Positions 29,589-41,400 of a stretch of 64,000 nt of DNA are shown here, one piece after another (within the stretch, counting starts at the first letter, position 1; each line of letters opens with the position of its first letter). Both the position numbers and the translations under genes were made by a program. The stretch covers positions 37,834-101,833 of the forward strand of contig JAITVV010000048.1 in the NCBI GenBank assembly GCA_031285625.1, in the 5' to 3' direction. This DNA is from Prevotella sp. (GTDB taxonomy: Bacteria > Bacteroidota > Bacteroidia > Bacteroidales > Dysgonomonadaceae). A model generated the notes under the pieces. It was given only the letters and a program-made list of their open reading frames with translations, did no database searches and was not told the origin of the DNA.

Positions 29589-31183
29589 CCTCCTGCGAGT
29601 ATAATCTCTTTATCAACCTCAACCTCTTTTATAAAATAGGCATCATGTGATATTATCAATAATGTTCCTTTGTAGTCTCTGATTGAATTGGTAACGATCT
29701 CCAAACTCTGTATGTCCAGATTATTTGTTGGTTCATCAAGTATAAACATATCAGGAGCATTATCATCTATCTGCATACAGCAAAATATTAACCTCATCTT
29801 TTCACCACCGCTTAATTTGTCACATGTTTTATTCCACATTTCATAAGTAAAAAGGAAACGATGTAATATTACACGAAGTTCGTCATCTGTCAGCTTCCGC
29901 GAGTTAAACTGTTGTACCTGCTCAAATACAGTCAGACCATTATCAATAAGGTAATAATCCTGATCGATGTAGAGATATCTGAAATGAGCACGACTTATCG
30001 TTCCCTTTGTCGGTTCTAACTGTCCTAGTATAAGCTTCAATAGGGTTGTTTTCCCTGCTCCATTTTGCCCTGAAATAACAAGGCGATCTCCACTTCTTAT
30101 CTGAAATTCCAAAGCCTCTTGCCACAGTACCTTATCGGAATAACCAAAGTTTACACCTTTAGCTGTTATCAATATTTTACCTGAATGCAAACTCATATCC
30201 TCGAAATCCATTTTTAGATCCTTTTTATCTGGTAACTGCTGTTTTATTTGTTTCATATCAGCAACTATATCATCCATCTTATTGGTATGCATATCATTCA
30301 GTTTTGCTGTACTTGTTTCAGCCTTGTTTCGGATAGTATTCATCATAATACGTGGAATCCCCTCTTTTATAGCCTTCTTTTTACCTCTCACATCTCTCCG
30401 TTGCTTTTTTTCAGCAACTTCCCGTGCAATATTTCGTGCTTTGCGCAATTCTTTCTGTTTCTCTTCAAACTGAGCTTGTAATGCATACATCTTCTCTTCC
30501 TTTTGCTGTTTATAGAATTCGTAACTTCCTCCATATACTTCAACTTTATCAGCACTTAGTTCATACGTCAGGTCCAACAAATTAAGTAATGTTCTATCAT
30601 GACTAACAACAATTATTGTTGCATTACTATTTTGCATAAGCTCATACAATTGCTTACGGCTTTCTTTATCTAAATGATTAGAAGGCTCATCAAATAAGAT
30701 AACTGAGGGGTTATGTATATAAATACCCGAAAGGAAAACTTTTGTTTTTTCTCCGCCACTAAGGCTATCCATTCTTTGAAAAAGTGTTATATGATCCAGA
30801 TTCCATTTAGACAATGCAGCTGTTGCCCTGTCTTCTATGTCCCACTCATCATTCAACAAAGAGAAATTCTCTGCAGAAGCATTGCCTTTCAGTATATCAT
30901 TCAGGGCAACGATCTTTTTATCGATATGAAGGGACTCAGCAACAGTCATCTTATCGTATTGTCCAAAATGTTGCGGTATATAATAGGGATGTTCCTGATA
31001 TATAATCTCGCCTGAAGCAGCTTGCAAATTCCCGGCAATAATACGCAGAAGGGTAGACTTACCTGTGCCATTATTGCCAATAAGGGCTACCTTTTGTCCC
31101 TTAGCAAGTGAAAAACTAATATTCTGAAACAGCGATTCTCTGTCCGGGTGTATATATGTAATTTGTTTTATAATAATACTCAT
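29585..31183 (-). CDS. ABC-F family ATPase (possible ribosome-protection type)
   Basis: Two ABC cassettes (GNNGTGKS/LSGGE/DEPSNHLD; GQNGAGKT/LSGGE/DEPTNNLD), no TM segments, long charged linker. Confidence 0.85.
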   Translation of the reverse strand: MSIIIKQITYIHPDRESLFQNISFSLAKGQKVALIGNNGTGKSTLLRIIAGNLQAASGEIIYQEHPYYIPQHFGQYDKMTVAESLHIDKKIVALNDILKGNASAENFSLLNDEWDIEDRATAALSKWNLDHITLFQRMDSLSGGEKTKVFLSGIYIHNPSVILFDEPSNHLDKESRKQLYELMQNSNATIIVVSHDRTLLNLLDLTYELSADKVEVYGGSYEFYKQQKEEKMYALQAQFEEKQKELRKARNIAREVAEKKQRRDVRGKKKAIKEGIPRIMMNTIRNKAETSTAKLNDMHTNKMDDIVADMKQIKQQLPDKKDLKMDFEDMSLHSGKILITAKGVNFGYSDKVLWQEALEFQIRSGDRLVISGQNGAGKTTLLKLILGQLEPTKGTISRAHFRYLYIDQDYYLIDNGLTVFEQVQQFNSRKLTDDELRVILHRFLFTYEMWNKTCDKLSGGEKMRLIFCCMQIDDNAPDMFILDEPTNNLDIQSLEIVTNSIRDYKGTLLIISHDAYFIKEVEVDKEIILAGG

Positions 31184-31487
31184 AAACCAATCAATTAAAA
31201 GGTCTCAAACCTATTCAATAACTATTTTGAAAACATAAGTGATGTAAACAAGATATTTGTTTACACATGGGAAAAGCGCATAAATGCAGCTCTTGTTTTA
31301 GAAAATTATTGATTACATGATATCTAAGTTTGCCATTATAAAACCGGATGGTCTATATATGGTATGTTGAAAAATAAATTAACCAAAATGTACCGAGAGG
31401 TCGGTTATCAGAATGGTCATTACAACCATTTTCTTACTTAGATATTCTCATTGGAGTGGTTTATTCGTTATTACTGATGCAAATATA
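31184..31487 (-). promoter_or_regulatory. ~290-nt leader with uORF MRISK (31434-31451) and alternative helices; candidate attenuator
   Basis: TATATTTG at 31480-31487 (minus); uORF segment ATATCTAAGT complementary to downstream ACTTAGATAT; GTAAACAA/TTGTTTAC hairpin near the gene. Confidence 0.55.
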
Positions 31488-31522
31488 TAGTATTAAGGTG
31501 AGATAAGAAAATTATGCACAAA

Positions 31523-31552
31523 AAATCGCCTCTATATAATTAGAGGCGATTT
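31523..31552 (-). terminator. Intrinsic terminator of the aldo/keto reductase gene
   Basis: AAATCGCCTCTA...TAGAGGCGATTT with T tract on the minus strand. Confidence 0.8.
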
Positions 31553-31567
31553 ATCTTTGCTTTATCT

Positions 31568-32521
31568 TCAACCTAATATTTTCTCAATCAAAGCCAATTC
31601 ATCACCAGAGAAATCTGAATTTTCTTTTGCCTTCAGATTATCCTTTAATTGATTTAATGAACTTGTGCCTATTATAACAGACGTAACATGTTTGTTATGT
31701 AAAAGCCATGCCAAAGCCATTTCAGCTAAAGTTTGTCCACGTTTCAGAGCCAGATCGTTCAAGGCAGATACTTTCTGTATAACATCCGGTGTTATTTCGC
31801 TCTCTTGCAAGAACCCATGGCTTTTATGGGCTCTCGATGCTTCAGGAATTCCATGCAAGTATTTATTGGTAAGAACCCCCTGGGCCAATGGAGAAAAAGC
31901 AATAAAGCCAACCCCATATTTTTCATTAAGGGCCATATGCTCTGCTTCGGGTTCGCGAACCAGCATGCTATATTTATCCTGATAGATAAGGCATGGTACA
32001 TGTGCTGACTTTAATATTTCATAGGCCTCTATCAACTTTTGAGGTGGATATTTTGAAATCCCCACGTATAGAGCCTTCCCTTGACGAACAATATCAATCA
32101 AAGCCTGCATTGTTTCCTCAACTGGTGTTTGAGGATCGTAGCGATGAGAGTAGAATATATCAAAATATTCCAGTCCTGTACGTTTTAGACTCTGATCGAT
32201 GCTGGCCATTATATATTTACGTGAACCTCCATCTCCGTATGGTCCATCCCACATCAGATGCCCGGCTTTGGAAGATATGATCAACTCATCTCTATGTCCT
32301 TTAAGTTCTTTAGCCAATACTTTCCCAAAATTAGTTTCAGCACTGCCGGGAGGTGGCCCATAGTTATTGGCCAGATCAAAATGAGTTATTCCACTATCAA
32401 AGGCATGCAATATCATCGATGTAGCCATTTCAAAATCATCTACATCTCCAAAATTATGCCATAAGCCTAATGATATCTCGGGCAACTGTAGCCCGCTATT
32501 TCCGCAAAAATTGTATTTCAT
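31568..32521 (-). CDS. Aldo/keto reductase (YghZ/L-glyceraldehyde-3-phosphate reductase-like)
   Basis: SLGLWHNFG, FDLANNYGPPPGSAE, YFDIFYSHR, FSPLAQG. Confidence 0.9.
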   Translation of the reverse strand: MKYNFCGNSGLQLPEISLGLWHNFGDVDDFEMATSMILHAFDSGITHFDLANNYGPPPGSAETNFGKVLAKELKGHRDELIISSKAGHLMWDGPYGDGGSRKYIMASIDQSLKRTGLEYFDIFYSHRYDPQTPVEETMQALIDIVRQGKALYVGISKYPPQKLIEAYEILKSAHVPCLIYQDKYSMLVREPEAEHMALNEKYGVGFIAFSPLAQGVLTNKYLHGIPEASRAHKSHGFLQESEITPDVIQKVSALNDLALKRGQTLAEMALAWLLHNKHVTSVIIGTSSLNQLKDNLKAKENSDFSGDELALIEKILG

Positions 32522-32589
32522 GGGTTCTAAAATTTATTGTTGATAAAGTTAACAGATTTTCCTATATCAAGTATATTATTAAATAAGTA

Positions 32590-32643
32590 AAAAGTGACAA
32601 AAGTAACACCTTTTATACTTTTTTATAGTAACTTTTTGTCACT
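32590..32643. repeat. Dispersed palindromic element of AAAAGTRACA pairs
   Basis: AAAAGTGACAAAAGTAACA...GTAACTTTTTGTCACT. Confidence 0.65.
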
Positions 32644-32766
32644 CTATATATCACATCAAATCATTTATATACAGATAATTAAATTTACATTTCACAACAT
32701 CTTAAAATATAAGAAAACAAAAGCCCGATATTACTACCGGGCTCTCTTATATTAATCTCTTTCTAT

Positions 32767-34467
32767 TTAAAACAGCATGTTACGAATATCAGGATTTGTC
32801 AGGAATTTGGCAAACTCTATATCATTTGCAATATCTGTCGGAGAAGCTCCTTTTTGAATAGCAGATTTTAAATTACCAGCTACCCCCGATATACTATTTG
32901 TTCTTGCAGCAACTATTGCAGCCAGATAATAAGTAGTAGCATCCTTATCAGGTACAGCATCCAATACTTGCTGAGCCTTACTATAATTTTTAGTTAAGAT
33001 CTGAGCCAGGGCTGCATTATTTGATACTGTATTACCAAATGCCTGTACAGCTCTGTTATAATCACCTTTCTGGATATACATCAACCCCATAGTTTCACCT
33101 AATGAACTTGCACCGGATGCATTACCCAAAAGTTGCTCTGCTTTTGCTGTATTTCCATCTGCCAACGACACAAGAGCCAGATTCATATTAGCTTCCGGAG
33201 CACGTGAAGATATTTCAGAAGCTTTATTGAAAGCCTGTAAGGCTCTGCTACTTTGACCATTCTGATAATAGTATGCACCTAAGTTATTCCAACCACGGTA
33301 ATCATTAGGATATTTCTGTGTGATGAATGTATAGATTTTTTCTTTCGATACACCATCCAGATTAGCAGCATATAATAATTCCTCCACTGTAAGATCACTA
33401 TAATTATTACTTAAAGCTAATTTGGTAAGTTCTTCATCAGTTTTACCGATTACTTCTACGTTTGCCATCAAGCGTGAACGACGAAGTTTAGGAAGAATTG
33501 TTTCCGCCAGATCAGAATATACAACAGAAATATTCTTTATTTCTCTTTCTCTAGTTTCCGGATCAGGATACATAGATAATACTCTCAATACAATATCTTT
33601 ATCCTGAAGGCTCGATGCCTGTACCAGTTTTTGGAAACCATCCCAGTCCTGAGCAGTATATTTGGCATTGATTTCAGCATAAATCTCGTTATCTTTGAAT
33701 TCCTTGTTCAGGTAAGCAGTTGTATTTCTTTCGCGTTGTTCTGCTAATCTGTCATTCAATTGAAATCCTCCGTCTGGTGAAGCATAAGCAGATACTTCTA
33801 CATCCACTCTCTTACGTTCATTATTATCAGCTTCTTTAACCAGTTCTTTCCATGCGTTCATATTTGTTGAGTTCAACTCACTTGAACGTAATTCTGCGCG
33901 CTGGATAAGGAACATGATATCTGCATCGTATGTTTCCTTTATAATGCGTTGGAAAGCATCGGGAGCAACAGCAGGAGTTGATGTTTCGGCACTAGCTAAT
34001 CCCTGAGTAGCGATAACTCCATCAGCAATTTTCACATCGCTGAATCCAACTACCTGTTTACGGTCTCTATAAAAGTCGAAACGTAAAAACAATTCTGATT
34101 TTCTCATTGCAGGTATATAGTCGAATTCTGATCTCATCGTAATAGCGCTACCAGTTTCGTATGGCACAGAAATTCCGTTTCCAGCTACATTTTCTCCTTG
34201 ATAAGTATAAGGTGTTCCAAGCGCTTCACCTCCCTTATATTTCAATACTGGAGTAACTACTATTGTAGTACCTTTTTCAAACCATTTGGCAGGGAAACGT
34301 CCGTTTATAGTTACAGGAACTTTATTTCCTACAAGTTCTAATGGAGACGGGTTAGTTGTGAATAACGAATTTGCTAAAGGTGGTATTGTCTTTTTTCCGC
34401 ACGATGTCGCAATTATGGCCACAAGCATAATCAGCGAAAGAAATTGTATTAATTTCAGTCTCTTCAT
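32767..34467 (-). CDS. TPR-repeat lipoprotein with a central OmpA-like segment
   Basis: Lipobox ATSC; AYASPDG..LN..LA..R; C-terminal TPRs (WNNLGAYY, YYLAAIV). Confidence 0.8.
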   Translation of the reverse strand: MKRLKLIQFLSLIMLVAIIATSCGKKTIPPLANSLFTTNPSPLELVGNKVPVTINGRFPAKWFEKGTTIVVTPVLKYKGGEALGTPYTYQGENVAGNGISVPYETGSAITMRSEFDYIPAMRKSELFLRFDFYRDRKQVVGFSDVKIADGVIATQGLASAETSTPAVAPDAFQRIIKETYDADIMFLIQRAELRSSELNSTNMNAWKELVKEADNNERKRVDVEVSAYASPDGGFQLNDRLAEQRERNTTAYLNKEFKDNEIYAEINAKYTAQDWDGFQKLVQASSLQDKDIVLRVLSMYPDPETREREIKNISVVYSDLAETILPKLRRSRLMANVEVIGKTDEELTKLALSNNYSDLTVEELLYAANLDGVSKEKIYTFITQKYPNDYRGWNNLGAYYYQNGQSSRALQAFNKASEISSRAPEANMNLALVSLADGNTAKAEQLLGNASGASSLGETMGLMYIQKGDYNRAVQAFGNTVSNNAALAQILTKNYSKAQQVLDAVPDKDATTYYLAAIVAARTNSISGVAGNLKSAIQKGASPTDIANDIEFAKFLTNPDIRNMLF

Positions 34468-34800
34468 AACATCTTAAAATATTAGTTTATATATAATTAT
34501 TTTTAATTTCCTCACATTCATACAAAGCTATCGTTTTTCTTTCCTCGAAAAAATAATGTAGACATAATATTTCAGGAAAAATTAACAGTTTTAATTTTTT
34601 TTAATCTTTCGATATTTCAGATTAACGCAAGTATTTCTTTTTAAGGCAAAACGTTTTAATTACAACTAAAATAAAGGATCTGGATTTTTGAAATCAAGCC
34701 TTATTATTGCTATTTCAATTCTTCGATACATCTGATTTTACAGATGGGGCAAGGTGCTATAATAAGCTCTCGAGAAGGATTCAGGATATTTTCATTTTAT

Positions 34801-35436
34801 CTAGTTATATATCCACATCAAAACAGGCTTCTTTGTGTCTTTCAATAATGCATCTACTTTACGCATTATGTTATTGCTTATTACAGGGCATCCCTGGCTC
34901 CAGCCAAGCGGCAAGTGGTTTGGATATATTTCTTCTTCGGGTACAGGATTATGAGAATGAAGCACAACTATACGCTTAAAGGCATTATTGTTTGTCTTTT
35001 CCAATCCGTGCATTTTGTAGTGTGCATTTATTCCCCAACTACTATAGGAGCGTATTCCCATCTTATACTTACCCAACGATGAGCAGTAACTACCCTCTAC
35101 ATTGCTGAATACAGGTTTAGACTGGGTACTTTCTTTTCCGTACCCATGACAGCAAAGACTCTCATGCCTGATTGTATCTTTAGCAAAATCCCATACAAAA
35201 AAACGGTTCTTACCTGAATGAATACTAAAGTCTATCAAGATGCAGTATTGCATATTGTAGTCTTTTTGTTTATAGAACATTTTGGCGGAGTCGGCTTTGG
35301 CTTTCAATCGTTTGAAAGCCAAATTCTCCTCAACAAGTTTTTGTTCTTCTGTTTTCTTATCTGTATTACTGCACATTACAAAGGATATTGATGCTGCAAA
35401 AGCGATAAATAGTATGTATAGAGCTGATTTTCTCAT
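34801..35436 (-). CDS. Murein L,D-transpeptidase catalytic-domain protein (YkuD_2-like), probable lipoprotein
   Basis: IDFS.HSG..RF, FSN..GS..SSLG, IVVLH...SQGC catalytic His/Cys. Confidence 0.82.
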   Translation of the reverse strand: MRKSALYILFIAFAASISFVMCSNTDKKTEEQKLVEENLAFKRLKAKADSAKMFYKQKDYNMQYCILIDFSIHSGKNRFFVWDFAKDTIRHESLCCHGYGKESTQSKPVFSNVEGSYCSSLGKYKMGIRSYSSWGINAHYKMHGLEKTNNNAFKRIVVLHSHNPVPEEEIYPNHLPLGWSQGCPVISNNIMRKVDALLKDTKKPVLMWIYN

Positions 35437-38400
35437 TGTTTCTCTTTTACAGTTACTTTTATTCCTTGTGTATGTGATACAAATTCAGGTGCATACATAC
35501 ACTGAATCGTTGTTATGCCATTGGCATACTCACCACTACGGTTTACATATACCGAATATTCCAGGACATAAGTACCTTTTGGAAGATGATCGAAATAAAA
35601 ATTCGTAGATGCATCTTTAGGTATTTGATAATAAGATAATCTTTCAGCCCATTTCATACCTGAAATACTTTGTATCGGCTCGAAACAAGGAGCGCGCATA
35701 TCTTTTAATTGAACAAATTCAAAATCGCGTTCTGCTTTTATAGTCAGGCGAACGATTACCTTGTCACCTATTGTGAGTGAATTGTTCTCTGTAATTTGTG
35801 TCAACCCCTTTCCTGAAGATATATCACTTTCTTTGAACAATTGCTTCTCGATGTTCAGCTCTCCTTTTTGTGAGGTAATCTTATCCAGATTTTCGTAATA
35901 CTGCCAGTACAAAGCTCCAAAAGCAGGTTCTAGGCCGGTAGAATTTATTTCTACTTTAGCCATGCTATTATCGATTTTCGACTTGTCCCAGGTTTGTTTG
36001 ATATATCCTGTTCCCAACTCTTTATTCTGAGGTTCAATTTTTGTTTGTCCAACTGTGATCGCTACCGGATTTGATTCTCCCGTGAACCAATCAGTTCCAG
36101 TACCTAATAAGGCACTGATTGCATCAATAGATGCATGGGTTGTTTCCCATATCTGAGTACGCTTCTGATTTAGCAACCATTGTTTCATCAGATTCATTTC
36201 TTCCTTTGTTGCACCGTTTTCTTTAAGGGCATCCATCAGGAATGTATGCACACTTATAGCAGACATTGACATAAATACATTACTACGGTTATTTGGCCAG
36301 TACATGCCTTGTTTATCTGTCACAGCATGCTCTTTGATCGATTTAGTGATTTTATCAGCAAGTTTTTTATCTCCATTACGTTTAAGGATAACAGATAAGA
36401 TAGAACGCTCATAAAGGCCTAGTTTAGTCCAGTTTTTGCTGGCTACATCCGTATAAAAACGTTCTGCTGCACGAGCTTCCTGATTGATTGGTATATCACG
36501 GTAGAATGAACGGACATATGCAAATTCAAGTTGATTAGTAGACACGGATGATGTTTTTTCCCAATTCTTGTTGTACTTTTTCAGATTCTCAAAGTCCTCG
36601 GTAATTTTCTTATCGATAAACTTTAATGCATCCATCTGCATCATTTTTATTTCTTGCGGGTATTGTACCTGCCCCACAAGCTGTAAATTAGCATATCCAT
36701 ACAATATGTACTGAGTGATAGAACGGCTAGGGTACATTCCTTTATACCATGACCAGCCACCATCAGTTTGCATCAGTTCTTTTAACTTGTTTGTTGCTGC
36801 ATCGGTTTGCTGTTTTGTATTATTCAGATCAAACAATAAAGATAACCGCTGCATCTGTTCTGTTTCCGTCTTTGCTTCCAAAACCCATGGAGTTTCTTCC
36901 AGAAGAACAGCTTTTAGTTCCTCATCTTTTTGCAGTTTTGAAATCAGCGTTTGCTTGTCTCCACCCTGCTTTTTCCATGAATTGATCATATTGGTAATTT
37001 TCGGGTATTGATGTATGATAGATGCTCCGAGCTGATTTACATAATAGCTGGCAAACCAGTTAACTGCATTCTCGTTTGTCGGGTTACTTAGCGTAGGCAA
37101 TGCCTGTACCGCATACCATGCAGGATTAGATGCGTACTCAAGGGTCAGCTTATAGTTACTTGAAGTAGCAGATGTATTGTTATACAGCTTATCAAATGTA
37201 AATGTGCTTGTTCCGGCTTTCGTCACATCTATAGGCATACTTTCTGTTACCAGCATACGGTTTGATAATACAGGTAATACATGTTGTTCCCCATCGCTGA
37301 AAGTGGCATTTTGCGCAATGATACGGCAGCCAATGAGTTCAATATCATTTGGTATATCGAATGTCCAACTGGCAGAGGTTGAAGCTTCTTTTTCAACAGA
37401 GAATGTCTGTTTCTGATTCGCTATATTCAAATTGATAGTTTTATCTGTGGCAGGATCAAAAAATTCGATGTGCACATCGCCTGATATAACGTTGTCTGAT
37501 AGATTTGATATCTTCGTAGAAATACTGGTCTTATCGCCCTGACGAACAAAACGCGGCATATTAGGCGTCACCATCAATTCCTTCTGTGTAACAACAAACT
37601 CCTCCAATGAGCCCACTCTGGCATTCTTATCATGAGCTATTGCCCTGAATCTCCATGTTGTATTGCTTTCCGGTACAGTAAATGAGATCAGCGTTTCCCC
37701 TTTCTCATTTGTTCTGAGCTGAGGGAAGAAGAAGGCTGTTTCGTTAAAATTCTGGCGGATTTGTGGTGTAGAAGATTCTTCTTCAATCCCTGCTCCGCCA
37801 GCATCTGCAGAGTCCATTGACATGTATCCGTCAAGTTTACTTTTTTGTCTAGCCATTCTTGGTGCAGGAGCAGCTGTCACAACTGATTCCTGCATGATTA
37901 CTTTATTTTCACTTAGTTCGGCAATATCCACTCCGGATGCGCTTGTTCCTTTCACATCAGCCACAGATATTATTACGCCATTTTCATCTCTTTCACCTTC
38001 TCCGTATATGTATTCTTCAACATTCTGATAGATATAGCCAAACCAGTTCAATTGATCAAATCTAATCGCAGTTTTTAATATCTCATGCGATAATGGAGGC
38101 AGCTCATTTCCTGAGACCATTTCCGATCCCTTAGCATATGTAGTAAACCATCTTTGTTGATTATTACTCCAAGAATATCTTGACTGATAGTCATAATGTA
38201 TAGGAGAAACCGGCTCTGTATAGATGGGTGGATGTTGGAAAAACCATGCTCTGGACGGATATAGCATATCAAGAGAAGTATCATACATAGAGGCTAAGAG
38301 TTCGGCTTTCACAGGATTATTTGTGGTATCTTTCACACTGATAGTCCATGTCTCATCCTGGCCCGGACGTAATTTGTCGCGGAATACTTCTGTTTTCAGA

Positions 38401-41400
38401 ATTAATTTTGTGTCCTTTTCCTCTTCTTCTTTTTTGATCGATACATTTTGATTATACATTTTTCCATCTTTCACATAGATAAATGACATGTATATTTCAT
38501 CTCCATATTCAGCTTTGTATGGAACAGAGAATAATTGGTTTGCATCGCTCATTTTTATAAAACGACGATCAAATATATTCTGATTATTGTTTAATTGGTA
38601 TAGCACATAAATATCTTGATCAGATACACCGTATATAACTTCTGCAGGTTTATTTTTGCTGAAAGTAAGATTCTTTTTAACTAACCAGTTATTTGTTTTA
38701 ATAGGAGGTTTCTTATCACTGTAACTATATAGTATAAAATTTTTATTATCAATTATTTCATTATTTTTATTATCCAAAGCCTTTACCTTTAATCGATATT
38801 TACCCGAACTTAGATTTCTTAAAGTAGATTTTAATTCAGATTGTTCTCCTGACTTAAAAGCACCTGTGGAAACCTGGCTTTGTATAGAATCATTTTTATC
38901 AAGATTGTATAGATTATACGTTCCTGATGTTTCTATATCCTGCCCTTGAAGGTTTTTAGCTGTTATGCTTATTTTTTCCTCACTTGATTTCTCCAGTTGA
39001 AGAGGTATATCTATTTTGATCGCCATAGATATATTACCTACAGTAATAGAAGATTTATTCGATTGAGTTTCGCCATTTGTATCAGTAACTGTGGCAGTAA
39101 CCTCAAACGTATAATTTTGCATGTTGTCAGACAGGGGCCTTACACTATTTCCTTCACCGGGTTGTGGTGTGAATGTTATTTCAAAAGAACCGTCATCATT
39201 TGTTTTTACAGAACCTTTGTCAAAAGGAGATTTATAACCTCCACCCCATCGCCAGAAGCTAAATTGTTCACGTGTGATTGTATATTTTACATCTGTATCC
39301 TGTAAGTTCACTCCTGAGAAGTTTTTCGCATAGCCTTTTAACTTGATTTCTTCTCCAAAGCCATATGTTTCGTTTATCTTGTCGAATGTAATCTCAAATG
39401 TAGGACGCTTATATTCTACAACTTTGAAATAATATAATTCCGAACCATTAGTTCCACTTACCATAAGTGAATACTGACCTAATAATCCTTTTTGAGGTAA
39501 GACAAACTCACCAGATATGGAACCAAACTCATTAGTAATAATTTCTTTCTTTGAAACAATCTCATTATTACTGTCAAATAAAACTACCCCATTAGATGTA
39601 TTGGCTAATGGTTTGTAATTATTGTCAGTTACTATTGCTTTGAAATAAATAGTTTGTCCGGGGCGGTAGATACTTCGGTCTGTAAATATATTAATGATAT
39701 TTTTATCAATATCCTGTGGGGTTACTCTGTTCCATCGGTATGAATTTCCACTCAATGTTTCTTGTTGCAGACAAGAATCTATTCCTAATTCGACTTTATA
39801 TGTAGCAACATAATAAGAATCTTTACGATCACGGGTATCCTTGAATGTTGTTATGCCCAATTCGTTTGTTTTCAAACTCGCAAGTAATGGCTTTTGTTTT
39901 GTATTTTCATCCGTTTCGTATGAGTATACTTTTATGGTAGCATCTTTAACCGGTTTGCCTGAATTACGGTCTACTACAAATATTTCATATTCGTTCTTTG
40001 CACTGTTGCGGGAAAAAGACATTAAAGCAGATACTGTAAAATCAAATCGGTTATCATTCAATGGATCATAGTTTGAATAATAATCCACATCTTTCTCCCC
40101 TTCCGGATCCTTTCCTTTTTTTAGTTTATCTACAGATAAAGTACTGAATACATATCTACCTGATTGTAATTTCCCAATACTTATAGGTAGTGTATCAGCA
40201 TTATATGTTGTTCTGGATATAAGCTCCAATGGATATTCTTTGATCAATGTATAGTTTTCACTCTCAACCTTATAAAGTTTGAAAGAAGGAATATCTTCTG
40301 TTTGGGTATTTTTATATTCTATACTTAATTTTATTTCTGAATCGGGGTGTTCCAGGCTTTTACCTTTTATAACCAGAGAAGATGATTCCAAGGTAACCAG
40401 TTTTGATTTTAGTAATCTGGCACCATATGAATCCGGATATTTATCTATTCCCTTCTTTAGCCAGTCATATTGAACTTTATTTATTTCTGCCCGTGTCATA
40501 TTATCAATACCATAATTGTATGACTCTACGATCTTATTTATTATCTCGGCACAAGCATTATTCTTTTCATACTCTTTTTCCAGAGCAAAGTATGTATTTA
40601 GAACATCCTTTTGAGTATAGAAGCGGGATTTATTTCTCAGGAACTCTATCTTGCTTATTTCGGTCAATACTTCTGTTTGAGGCATATTCCGTTGTAAAAT
40701 ATCCTTAAAGTATTGTTGATAATAAGTAAAGGGAAGTAACTTATATGTTGAGTCTGATTTTATATTGAGTTTTATATATTCATTAGCCGGTAATACCAAT
40801 TGTTCTATACTAAGCCCTATAGCTTTCGGGTTAAACTCTTCTTGTACTAAGTCACTTAAGTTTTGTGATATCTCTATAGCCCTCTTCATCAGGAAGTCGT
40901 AAAGAGTAGGATATGTCTCCGTGTCTTTACCCAAGCTTATTATGTCATCAAACTCCTTGGTGGTATGTTTTTTTAATGTCGAAACATCTTTTACGGATAA
41001 GTTTATATTTTCCCTAACCTTATCGCAGAATATATTTCCGGTCCATTCTTTAATATCGGCAGGAACAAGATCTGTAAGTGCTGTACGACGATTTATTTGC
41101 CAGTTGTCATTGCTATAATAGTTAAGAAAAGCTTCTGCCAGCATAGATTGCAATAACGCTTTTTCACTGACATTATTTGTTTTATCAATCAGTTCCTGAA
41201 GATCATTTAGAATGCCTTCATTATCGTTATAATCAATATCTCTTTTATACTTATTCTTGTATATCAGTGCTTTTATTACCTGCGTATTATTCTTTTCAGA
41301 AATAGCTTTTTGTAATATCTTGTTTACTTCCGTTAAAGCAGACTGAGGTAAATCGTCAGTACTAAACTGCTCGACCTGTTTCCATTCATTTTCATATTTA

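Noticed and set aside
36715-41118. Many short plus-strand ORFs inside the alpha-2-macroglobulin gene (and similar antisense ORFs elsewhere)
   Set aside because: Antisense shadows of long, well-supported genes
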